NCBI GenBank assembly: GCA_951406725.2
Contig: OX597822.1
Span: 35,092,001-35,156,000, forward strand
Length of the DNA: 64,000 nucleotides
Reading direction: 5' to 3'
DNA from: Octopus vulgaris
Lineage: Eukaryota
This document shows positions 52,791 to 64,000 of this stretch, in pieces. Below the pieces are notes generated by a model, which saw only the letters and a list, made by a program, of their open reading frames with translations, ran no database searches and was not told the origin of the DNA. A program made the translations under genes and the position numbers. How positions within the stretch are numbered: the first letter of the stretch is position 1; each line of letters opens with the position of its first letter.

Positions 52791-54479
52791 TAGCATTATT
52801 ATTGTTGTTGTTGCTGCTGTTGTTGTGATTGCTGCTGCTGCTGTGATTGTTGTTTTGTTGCTGCTGCTATTGTTATTGTTTATTAACGACACTTGTGTAC
52901 AGATGAGTAAGAAAAAAAAAAAGCAGAAAAGTTTCTAAACGTATATAATTTGAAAACAGTAAACAAACTTATTTCTTTTTTCGAAAGAAACATAGAATTA
53001 AGCAAATACCAATGTTTAATTATATGAATTCCAATATTCAATGTCTCGCCACTCTTCGGCGCAATAATCTATTTATGAAACAATACATTAACTTCGCTAA
53101 GTAATTTTCGGTTTCGTTTTGTATTTTTCATTTGGCAACAAGAGATTCGTTCAGCAACATAAGAAATATTAATCGCTAATATCCAGGTGCGATAGAAGCA
53201 TAACAAGTTGAATAGAATTTATAGTTGCTTTTAAAGTGAAGTTTATAAGGACGGTCGTCTGGATAATATAGATGAAAAATAGACAGGGGTTGGGGTATTT
53301 GGCGGAGATTTATAGAATGCGTACTTTGCGTGCTAATAAGAAGCACAATATGGTGGGGGTTCTAAATCGGAAACAATTTTCCCCACAGATATAATTCTCC
53401 AACTCATTTGCAAGAAACATTTTCCGAAACACACTACGCTGGAGACTGCACGAAGCACCATATTCTACTAAAACTATGCCGTAGTGAGACAGACGAAATA
53501 TCCACACATGAAACTATCATCCGCCATTAATAAACATATGCTGTATTCAGTACACCCGAATATATACAATGTTACAGGCACTTACTTACATAAAAGACAC
53601 ATACAGAATCAGACACATACGAAGCAACATGTGTGTTGTAACATAGGCACACACGTTTCAACGGTACACACGCTGCCCTTGCATACACATTGATCTTTCT
53701 CTACACAAACGCATAGGCGAAGCACACATGCTTCCACTCACACTTACACACGCATGAGCAAAACACACACGTCTGTATCTCACTCACACACATACGCATG
53801 TAGACGAAGAAATACTTCTCCACACGTACACACTCTTAGAGAAACTAAACACACAAATACAATGGTGTGCAACTGATCAAATTACACACACTGTCAAACT
53901 CTACACAAAGTTACACACACACAGAAACACACACACACATACACACACACACACACACACATACACATACATACACACACGCACAGAAAGCGCCAAAATA
54001 TTATCCTTAGTAGACACACGCAAATGCAAACAGCGTGCAAATATACACATAATAGCTAACTTATAGCACAACAAAACTACACGTATTACACAAACCAGCC
54101 TGCATCCATTACTCACCGGTTACAACACACATGTAATAGCACAACACTACACATTCACATGCAAACTCATGCAGGCACACACACTCACACGCACGCAGAC
54201 ATACACACACACACACGCACGTACACAACATTACCAAACGCACATCACACCAACAAAATGTTCTTGGTGTGATGTGCGTTTCTTCTTGCAGTCTTTGATT
54301 ATTTAATGATGCTTTCATTTGGTCACTGGTTTTTTTAAAATGGCGTTACAACTGATTTTTCGGAGTTCGTTTAATTCATTTTTTACGTACTAGTTTTTCG
54401 GCCGTTCTTATTTTTTTACTTTCTTCATTATTTCTCTTTCGCCATAGTTTAACTTTCCGACAAAAACCCTCAACTTGAA

Positions 54480-54860
54480 GCATCAGAAACATATATAAAA
54501 AAAAACATATTTCAGTTTATCGTACATCGATACGGAAGAAATCCACAACATTCCGTCCCAGTAAACCACTATTGTCCTTGAAAGATGTTTTGTGTCTTTA
54601 CTACGGATTGCTTGACTAGCACGGATTTTTTTCTTCTGGGGGTAGTTAAAAGAGAGGATTTACGTTAACAAACCGGAGACCCTGGTGCAACTGAAGAAGA
54701 ACATCAATAGAGAAATCAGAGAAGTGTGGTCTGAAACTCTTTGAGGGTGTTATTGTGCAAGTTTTGGAAAGAGCATAGCGTGCGTAGCCGAAAATGGCTG
54801 CCATTTAAGCGGTAATCTTTCATATGTGATGTAGTGGTGTTGCAAACGTTGACTTGCACA
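54480..54860 (+). mobile_element. Tc1/mariner-superfamily transposase C-terminal remnant
   Basis: LTSTDFF..G*LKERIYVNKPETLVQLKKNINREIREV...CVAENGCHL matches the DL.P.DFFLWGYLK..VY..KP.T...LK..I..EI pattern. Confidence 0.7.
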
Positions 54861-54939
54861 TATTAATTACCATTATGTCCTTTATATTATAACAAAATTT
54901 CATGCATATATTTATGAAGTTAAGGAAGCTGTGTTCCGG

Positions 54940-55180
54940 AACAAGATACTTTATTTCACGTTGCTCCACTTCACTCAGCTGTGGAAGTGAGTTGCGACGT
55001 CATGGATGGCAAGCTGTATCGGCCTTTGCCTTTCCCTTGGATAACATCGGTGCCGTGGAGAGGGGAAGATGGCATGCAAGGGCGACTGCAGTTCTTCCAT
55101 AAACAACCTTATCCGGACTTGTTCCTCGGAGGTTAATTTCTTGGTGCAATCTCATGGTCATTCATGACGGAAGGGAATCG
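54940..55180 (+). mobile_element. SINE family C-related body with another tail
   Basis: caagatactttatttcacgttgctccacttcactcagctg matches the head type 2 body; the tail differs. Confidence 0.6.
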
Positions 55181-55210
55181 CCCATATATACATACATATC
55201 TATCTATCTA

Positions 55211-55264
<54 letters not shown>

Positions 55265-55714
55265 TATGATATGTATGTATGTATATATATATTGTATGTA
55301 AGTATACATATACATATTGTATGTATGTATAAGAGTGGGTGTGTGGTAAGAAGCTTGCTCCCCAACCACACGACTCTGGATTCAGTCCCACTGCCCCACT
55401 GCGTGGCACCATGAGTAAGTGTCTTCAATTATATCCTCGGGCCGATGAAAACCTTATGAATGGATTTGGCAGGCGGAAACTGAAAGAAGCCCGTCGTTTT
55501 GCAGTTAGCACTTTTCTACGCGCTATTAATATTGTCATTATGTGTATTAATACTTGCATAGGAGATCAGTTGTTGAATCTGTCAAATGTGTGTCCATGTA
55601 TAGATTAATATAACAATATAATATATATTATAACGGTTTGGGTATACAGATATGTGTACTTGAATGGATGGATGCTGTATGTGAGTGTGCGTACGTGTAT
55701 GTGAATGTACATAC

Positions 55715-55771
<57 letters not shown>

Positions 55772-56562
55772 TATGTACATACGCATGTATAAGTATGTTG
55801 AAATTTTTATTGTGTATAAATGTATGAGCAAATTGTAGTAAGAGCTTACATCTGTAAAAACAATTTGCAAGTATTTTAATTTTTAATTTTAATTATAAAT
55901 TGTATTCGCTAATCTAATTAGGGATATCTACTTTTACTTATTTAATTGACCATTAGGTTGACTGATTTATAGATTGTTTAGCCAATTAGTTGGAAATTAG
56001 CTGTTTGTTGGGCTAGTCAGCTCATTGTTTCGGTTCACTGGTTAGCAGACCAGTAGTTCCATATTTAGGCCACTTACTCTAGTTATTACCTCCCCTTAAA
56101 CCTAAATATTTTCCTAATTTTCCTATGGAATACATTCGTTTCACTGTTTTTACTAATTTCACATTCCTATTAATAACTTTTGGACTGTTTTCAACCCTAG
56201 CCACCTAACTTCTTAAATGTCCGAATAGGTTCCTCTCTGTATATTTATTCCATAATAATATTATTTTAAAAAATATATTTACTATCCTAAGCGTTTTAGG
56301 GCCCCTTGCAACATACACTATTTTCCCATTCATTTATTAATTTTTCTTACTCCGTATAACGGGCTCAATAGCAGGCGTTCTGTTTTTGAATTTCAACTGA
56401 CCAATTACATCGAACGTTGGGCCTTGGTCTATCTCTCTTCAGATAACAGGTGGAAGGGCTTAACCACCTTCTAGTAAATAAATATAAAAATACACATAAC
56501 CGATTGGCCCTTTACTATGATTAATACTATTAATTATTACTACAAATATAACTATTATTAAA

Positions 56563-56712
56563 ATTGTTGTATTTAGGAATGGTCATTTTGCCAGTTTAGC
56601 CAATATATTTGGTGTTACTTTGCTTCAGTGTTATTTATTTTTTACATTAATCTTAATCTTATTTCGGCCAGAGTTCTTTCGTCACACTTCTGTGACCGCA
56701 TCAGTGGTCCTT
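56563..56712 (-). mobile_element. HHR-bearing Penelope-like terminal repeat
   Basis: ggacca-CTGATGC-ggtcacag-aag-tgtgac-GAAA-gaactc-tggcc; terminus ttgtatttaggaatggtc shared with 60579. Confidence 0.6.
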
Positions 56713-57004
56713 TGTTTTCTTCTTACTTATTTGTGTCTCTCCTTACTAACCGTCAGCCATTAATCTAAAACCATATTGTACTTTCACCCCTTCTCCGACT
56801 AAAACCTATTGGCGTATCCCACTATTATTTTTTATTTCTTGTTATTTATTATTTATCCATTCTATCCCCGCCGTACAAAGGATTAATCCACCAATTGCTA
56901 TTTTTGGTTTAGTCATTTACTTAACGTCCCAAAGAGATACGCAAGCAAAATGGTATGATTACAACCATATTCATCTTTTCCCTTTTTCTTCTCTATTTAT
57001 TCTT

Positions 57005-57116
57005 CACTCTGATGAAGCTTCATGTTTCAGATCGGTTTATTACCAAATATGTTAAATATTTTTAGCATATCAATGGCAATACCATACAACATTGGAAGCA
57101 GAAACAGCTGTTAGAT
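57005..57116 (+). ncRNA. Hammerhead-like motif with extended stem II
   Basis: CTGATGA (57009-57015)-agcttc...gaagca-GAAA (57101-57104)-cagctgtt-aga; palindromic stem III aacagctgtt. Confidence 0.55.
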
Positions 57117-57837
57117 AGGATACAGTGTTTTTTTTTTTTTTGTTTTGAATCAAAAAATTATTGACGTAAGTCAATTGTTGTTCATCGATATTTCTCCATT
57201 TTCTGCTTTCTTTAAATTTTGATTCTTGATAAACTCATGTTTATCATTGTCTTCACTTATAATTTATGAGCATAATATGCTTGCATATGTATGCCCATGG
57301 TTAAACATAATTAGTATATTGGTAGTATAATGGATACTTCTATCCTTTAGACGGTTATTTTAACCTTTAGTTCAGTTAACCTGATATATGTATGTATGTA
57401 TATATGTATGTATGTATGTATGTATATGTGTCTGTATTTGACTCCCACCATCACTTGACAACCGATATTGGTGAGTTTACATTACCGTAACTTAGCACTC
57501 CGGCGAAAGTGACCGATGGAATAAGTACTAGGCCTACAAAGAATAAGTCGACTAAAAGAGGCGCGACAGCATAACTGCAGTCACATGACTGATAAAAGAA
57601 TATATATGTGTGCGTAGTTGAAAGTTATAGGAAAAGAGAAGACGAAGACAGATGTATGAAAAACAAGCAAGTGTATTAGTTTGACACACGAGAAAAATTA
57701 ATATGTTTTAAGTTTCGGGCCTACGCTCTCCAGCGGAAAGCAATAAGAGAAATTAAACAGAGAGAGAGAGAGAGAGAGAGTCAGAGAGAGGGAGAGAGTA
57801 AAAAATCTTGTAGATTTCTGCGGTCCACTATATATAC

Positions 57838-57908
<71 letters not shown>

Positions 57909-57949
57909 CATATATATGTATGTGTGTGTGTATTTATATCACATGATTC

Positions 57950-58180
57950 CTTATTTCTTTATTGCCCACAAGGGTCTAAACATAGAGGGGACAAACAAGA
58001 ACAGACAAAGGTATTAAGTCGATTACATTAACCCCAGTGCGTAGCTGGTACTTAAATTATTAACCCCGAAATGATGAAAGGCAAAGTACACTTCGGTGGA
58101 ATTTGAACTCAGAACGTAACGGCAGACGAAATACCGCTAAGCATGTCGCCGGCATGCTAACGTTTCTGCCAGCCCACTGC
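57950..58180 (-). mobile_element. SINE family A monomer
   Basis: Reverse complement of the consensus. Confidence 0.8.
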
Positions 58181-58570
58181 TTTTTTATATATGATATGAT
58201 TCCGCTCACATACACATATCCATATATGTGTATGTCTATTTAACATAAAACATATGTGTGTATATATATAAAAGCATATATGTATGCATGTATGTATATG
58301 AGTTCTTAAAATCATGTTAAGCCTGATTTTGGCCTCAGTTGTAATCTCAAATGGATTCATGGTAAACAATATCAACTTGATTGATTAAAGTGTACGTTTT
58401 CTTTGGTGGAGAGGTCACGCTTTTGACCTTCGTGCAGACGAAATATTATGAATTATTTTTTCAATATTCCAAAGGTGTTATTTATTTTAACTATAACAAA
58501 GTTTTATTGTTTGTCTCCGTTTATACTGAAACAATGGACACTTTCTTTCATACATACATACATACATACA

Positions 58571-58635
<65 letters not shown>

Positions 58636-58638
58636 ATG

Positions 58639-58678
<40 letters not shown>

Positions 58679-59404
58679 CATGTAGAATGGTCATAAGTTA
58701 CAATTTTAAAAATAGATATTTAACTGCTCATAAATTTTGATCATACTTTGATGGATATCATTTTTATTTTATATATTCTGTGTTATCGTCGTAATATTAA
58801 CAGGAATCATATTTTCTAGTTATTCGATTATAATCAAATTTAAAATATCTCAGCTTAAAGGTTGTTACCGTAAAACTTCCGAGACATGTATCTGAGAAGA
58901 AAAAATTATCACGCTGACGAAATTGTTGGAAACATTATAAATGATATGACCTGCAGGCTAAGATATATAGTATGAAGAAGTTATAAAGTTTTAAAAAACT
59001 TCCTCTATTTAATTACATAGTGGCTTTAAAAAGAAGATCAAATCTATATGAAGTGTGTGGGGTATATGATGTTAAGTTACTTGGTATGCCGAAGCACTTT
59101 ATAAGACAAGCTGGCTACAGAAGATAATTAACTGCTTTAATTGATCAACAAGTCAGACTAATTTGTTACAAGACATTCACTCAATGTGCATTTAATAAAT
59201 TAGAAAGAAAAATTTACTGACATATTTGCTATGATTGCTCATGATGCAATCGAACAAATACGATGCAAAAAGGAATGTCTGCCAAAAATACTGTGAGCTG
59301 GAAATTTTGAGGAAACTTAATGTGTGCAAGGGGAAAGTATTTGGGCAGACGGGATAATAATTACGTACAAGAAATTTAGAAAATTTAAAAACGGAAAGAT
59401 AACA

Positions 59405-59630
59405 CTTTTTACTCTTTTATTTGTTTCAGTCATGTGAATGTGACCATGCTGGAGCACCACTTTTAGTCGAGCAAATCGACCCAAGGACTTGTTCTTTGTA
59501 AGCCTAGTACTTATTGTATTGGTTTCTTTTGCAGAACCGCTACGTTACAGGGACGTAAACACACCAGCATCGGTTGTCAAGCGATGTTGGGGGGGGGGAA
59601 CACAGAACACAAGCGTATATACACACACAC

Positions 59631-59665
<35 letters not shown>

Positions 59666-59830
59666 GACGGGCTTCTTTCATTTTCCGTCTACTAAATACA
59701 CTCACAAGGCTTTGGTCGACCCAAGACTATAGTAGAAGACACTTGCCGAAGACGCCACGCAGTGGGACTGTACCCGGAACTATGTGGTTCATAAGCAAGC
59801 TACTTACCACACAGCCACTCCTACGCCTAT
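59405..59830 (-). mobile_element. SINE family B, full length
   Basis: Reverse complement of 15415-15852. Confidence 0.85.
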
Positions 59831-60537
59831 GTTTCAAAATTAAATAACTTAGAACTTTGGAGGATTGAGCTTCGACAAGGATGTCTCTATGATTTTGTAT
59901 ACAGGAAGGGAAGATGTTAATTTAATTAAAGCATAGAAGAAATCCAGAAAACAGTGAGAGGATTTCAAAATATAGCAATCCAATGGCGATCAAGTGTTAA
60001 GGAAACTCCATGCCTCCCGGAAATGGGATCATACCAAAATTCTTTGGGAGAGAAAAAACTGTTTCACTTATTTCTACGCAGTAAGTTTGAGAGAAACTTT
60101 TGAAACGTTGCAACTTTTAAATTAAGAGAAAGCTTCCGGCCAGCATATCTGATGAAACATTTACACTGTCCAGTGCAATAGACGTCGCGAAACCCATGGT
60201 AACTTTCAGACCGGTTATACACAATGACCGAAGATACATCACTCCATATATGTACATAACATGGTCAAAAATTTTCACACAGCCTGAAATTTCAGGGTTG
60301 TGGCTAAGTGGGTTACATCGAATGAAGTTCCCAAATTGTTGGCACATATGTTATCGTCCCTGAAAGGATAAAAGCAAAGCTGACCTCAGCGGAATTTGAA
60401 CACAGAACATAAAGAAAGAAGAGGTGCTGCTAGTTATTTTAACGAGCGTTCTAACGATTCTGCCACCGACTCACCATCATATGTGTGTATATATGCTTGT
60501 ATGTATATATATGTATGCATATATGTATATATATGTA

Positions 60538-60578
<41 letters not shown>

Positions 60579-60583
<5 letters not shown>

Positions 60584-60830
60584 ATTTTGGGATGGTCTTC
60601 CGTAGTGGAGGCGCAAATAAACACACACACCTGGAAATCTTTCGTCACACGTCTGTGGCCTCTTCAGCGACACTTTCCGTCCTCGTGTAAGCTCCTGCTC
60701 CGCTTAGTTTATTCTCGTGTGTGCATTTGCCACCAACCTCCAGCAACAAAAAAAAAAAAAAATAGATGACCATCCCGAAATACAATAATATCTGTTTCAA
60801 CACACGGTTTATCACCAGGAATCTTGCAAC
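60579..60830 (-). mobile_element. HHR-bearing element with inverted termini plus tail
   Basis: tattgtattttgggatggtc / gaccatcccgaaatacaata inverted ends; minus-strand CTGAAGA-ggccacag-acg-tgtgac-GAAA-gatttc (60634-60667). Confidence 0.65.
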
Positions 60831-60859
60831 ACAAATCCATAAACGTATATTATAAATAT

Positions 60860-62126
60860 ATATATATATATAAGTAGTATGTAAATAGTATGTAAGCCAG
60901 TTATTTTATATTTATAATAAGCTAGATTTAAATACAAATATACCCATATAAACGTGCCTTCTGATTGGAGGTATGAAGGAAAATGTGTATAAAAATACCG
61001 ACGTCTACTCAAGTTAATGCCCCATTTATACTCAATGTAGTTTAAATGCACATACGCAAACACATATGTATACACATACATACACACAGAAGTGCATACA
61101 TACAGACGCGTGCATTCACACAGACATAAGCGCGAGCTCACACACACACACACACACACACAAAAACACGCACATACACACACCATACATATACTCTTTT
61201 ACTCTTTTACTTGTGACTGTGGCATGCTGGAGCACCGCCTTTAGTCGAGCAAATTGACCCAAGCACTTATTTTTTGTAAGCCTAGTACTTATTCTATCGG
61301 TTTCTTTTGCCGAACCGCTAAGTTACACACCACCATCGGTTGTCAAACAATGTTGGGGTTGGGACACAGACACACAAGCACACACACATATATATACATA
61401 TATTCGACAGGCTTCTTTCAGATTCCGTCTACCAAATCCATTCCCATGGCTTTGGTCGGCCCGAGGCTGGAGTAGAAGACACTTGCCGAAGGCGCAACGC
61501 AGTGGGACTGAACCCAGAACCATGTTGTTGGTAAGCAAGCTAATTACTACACAGCTAATCCTACGTTTTGAATTCGTGGTTAGCGAGTATCTCTGAAATA
61601 GAGTGAAATCCAGTTGGAAGCTATATAAGTAACTATATATATATATTTAAGTAGTATGTAAATAGTATGTAAGCCAGTTATTTTATATCAATAATAAGCT
61701 AGATTTAAATACAAATATACCCATATAAACATGCCTTCTGATTGGCGGTATGAAGGAAAATGTGTATAAAAATACCGACGTCTACTCAAGTTAATGCCCC
61801 ATTTATACGCAATGTAGTTTAAATGCACATACGCAAACGCATATGTATACACATACATGCACACACAAGTGCATACATACAGACGCGTGCATTCACACAG
61901 ACATAAGCATGCACACACACACGCACACACATACATATACTTTTTTACTTGTTTCAGTCATGTGACTGTGGCCATGCTGGAGCAAATCGACCCAAGCACT
62001 TATTCTTTGTAAGCCTTGTACTTATTCTATTGGGCTCTTTTGCCGAACCGCTAAGTTACGGGGACGTAAACACACCACCATCGGTTGTCAAACGATATTG
62101 GGGGAAAAAAACACAGACACACACAA

Positions 62127-62157
<31 letters not shown>

Positions 62158-62376
62158 CGACAGGATTCCGTCTACCAAATCCACTCACAGGGCTTTGGTC
62201 GGCCCGAGGCTATAGTAGAAGACACCTGCCGAAGGTGCCACGTAGTGGGACTGAACCCGGAACCATGTGGTTGGTAAGCAAGCTACTTACGACACACTTA
62301 CTCTTACGTATCGAATTCGTGGTCAGCGAGTATCTCTGAAATAGAGTGAAATCCATTTTGAAGCTACATAAGTAAC
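60860..62376. repeat. Tandem segmental duplication (~770 bp x2), each unit containing a SINE B
   Basis: Units at about 60860-61634 and 61637-62376 share unique flanks aagtagtatgtaaatagtatgtaagcc and gaattcgtgg.tagcgagtatctctgaaatagagtgaaatcc. Confidence 0.9.
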
Positions 62377-64000
62377 TTAATTGTATAAACAGAGATATCG
62401 CCTCTTGTTTATCCAATCTTTCAGAAACACATTGTAGTCTTCTTTTTAGAATCTCATTTCCTATCTTGAAATTAAATCAATCTCAAGAAACACTACGAAT
62501 TCTTTTGTTAATTATCATTATTCTCTGTGTAAGATGGGACTGAATTTCACAATTCTATATTATTGATGGAGAGGAAAGTCATAATACGTAGATTTACTTT
62601 TACTTTGATTTAGATAGTTGAAAAGAAACACAATGCTAAATTAAATAGCTACGATTTGAAAACCAGGAAAAACTTCAGGGGAGAAAAAAATATTCAGAGT
62701 AAAACTCCAAGTAAAACATATGTATGTTATATTTTATTCGTGTCAATTATTCGCAAACCGTTGTTATTTAACTCAGAATTTAAGGTGTATGTAAAATGTA
62801 TGTATATAATTATATATAGGGCCGTTACTGTTTCGTTTTATAACATCATTCTGTATTAGATTTCATTAAGAGTAGATTGTCGTTCTAAAACAAAAAAATA
62901 GATGAATCAAATAAGCACTTAAAAATTTTGTTTTGTCTTCACTTAATATTGGATTCTGTGTTCATCGATGAATGTAAAATTTAATAAATAGAATTCAAGT
63001 AGAATTAATTTTGAAGTCTTTTAAAAAGAATCTTCCAGGTTAAACTTTGCAAGTTGTCGCCATAAGCAGAAAAGAAATTCAGTCACAACATTCGGAAGTA
63101 TAGAAAATAAATGGAATGCAGATTTTATTTCATGTTCACCTAAAAACATTATGCAAATCATCAGCTTGAAATATCCGCTTTGTTAATTGAAAGAAGACAC
63201 CCAACGCTTTCCTCAACGGTAGCCATTTTGTTTTTGGTATATCTAATAATATAAAACACTATTTTACATTTGGCATTCTTTTTCCTCAAAGCAATGCATA
63301 AAAGTGTGCCTAAAGGGATTAATTCTTTAAAAGAGAACGTAATTCTATGGATTTACATTGAATAATGTTATTGATTGAAAAACATTTATAAAATTTATTG
63401 CTTTAGATCTTTTCCTATGTTGATTCACAATAATGTTGTAACGTGGGATGAAAGCCAGTTCTTAACAATCCAGTTTTGTAGAAAAATCAGGAACATGTCG
63501 ATATCTTACTATTATGTGCCTCTAAAGAATATCATTAAAACTTCTATCATTCCACTAGTCTTCCATTTGTACCATTTTACAAGCCTTCTGTCATATATAG
63601 TGTATGATATAAAGAACGAAATTAATGTGCGTGTGTGTATGCGTGTTTGTATGGATGTATATATATATGCATGTGGTTGTATGTGAGTATGTGTCTGTGT
63701 AAGTATTTGTCTGAGTATGTGTGTGTGTGTGTGTGTGTATGTTCACATATGAATTCCATTCCATGCTATTGATTCCAAATTTTTTTTACTGAGCGTAAAT
63801 CAAAGGCGCAATTTTGTGTAAACTATTCCGCGTATGTAATTTTTTTTCTCTGTATTAGAAATTTATTAAGTTGTTATGCTAACCCCGAAAAAACAATTGG
63901 ATTTCTCGCTAATATTGTTTCTGTCACATGAAATATGTGATACAGAAAATTGTTGAGGTCAAATAGATTAATGCAAAGTCATCTCTCAATGTCAGTATCT

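Noticed and set aside
53385-53540. 47-codon open stretch after ccccacAG followed by AATAAA (terminal exon?)
   Set aside because: Unrecognised peptide, weak polypyrimidine tract and no linked upstream exon; compatible with chance.

Overview
AT-rich eukaryotic, repeat-dominated DNA. It is very probably cephalopod (Octopus-like), inferred from the tRNA-derived SINE families and the microsatellite load, and is intergenic or intronic. No intact host gene, CRISPR or rRNA is supported; almost all ORFs in the track are microsatellite artefacts. The window holds three main groups of tRNA-headed SINEs (dozens of copies, often multimerised or with swapped tails) and decayed non-LTR retrotransposons (R4/Dong, a second R4-like family, HERO-like, RTE, L1/Tx1-like). 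It also holds Penelope GIY-YIG remnants, mariner/Tc1 remnants, a hAT MITE, a non-autonomous Helitron and several local duplications. The most notable signal is a set of non-coding elements carrying minimal type-I hammerhead ribozyme (HHR) motifs of the Penelope kind. One of them, present twice with target-site duplications, fuses a tRNA-Asn-like Pol III head to an HHR-bearing Penelope-like terminal repeat in a head-to-head palindrome: a candidate Penelope-mobilised ribozyme SINE. All family assignments are by eye from motifs, without database searches, and coordinates of degenerate repeats are approximate.
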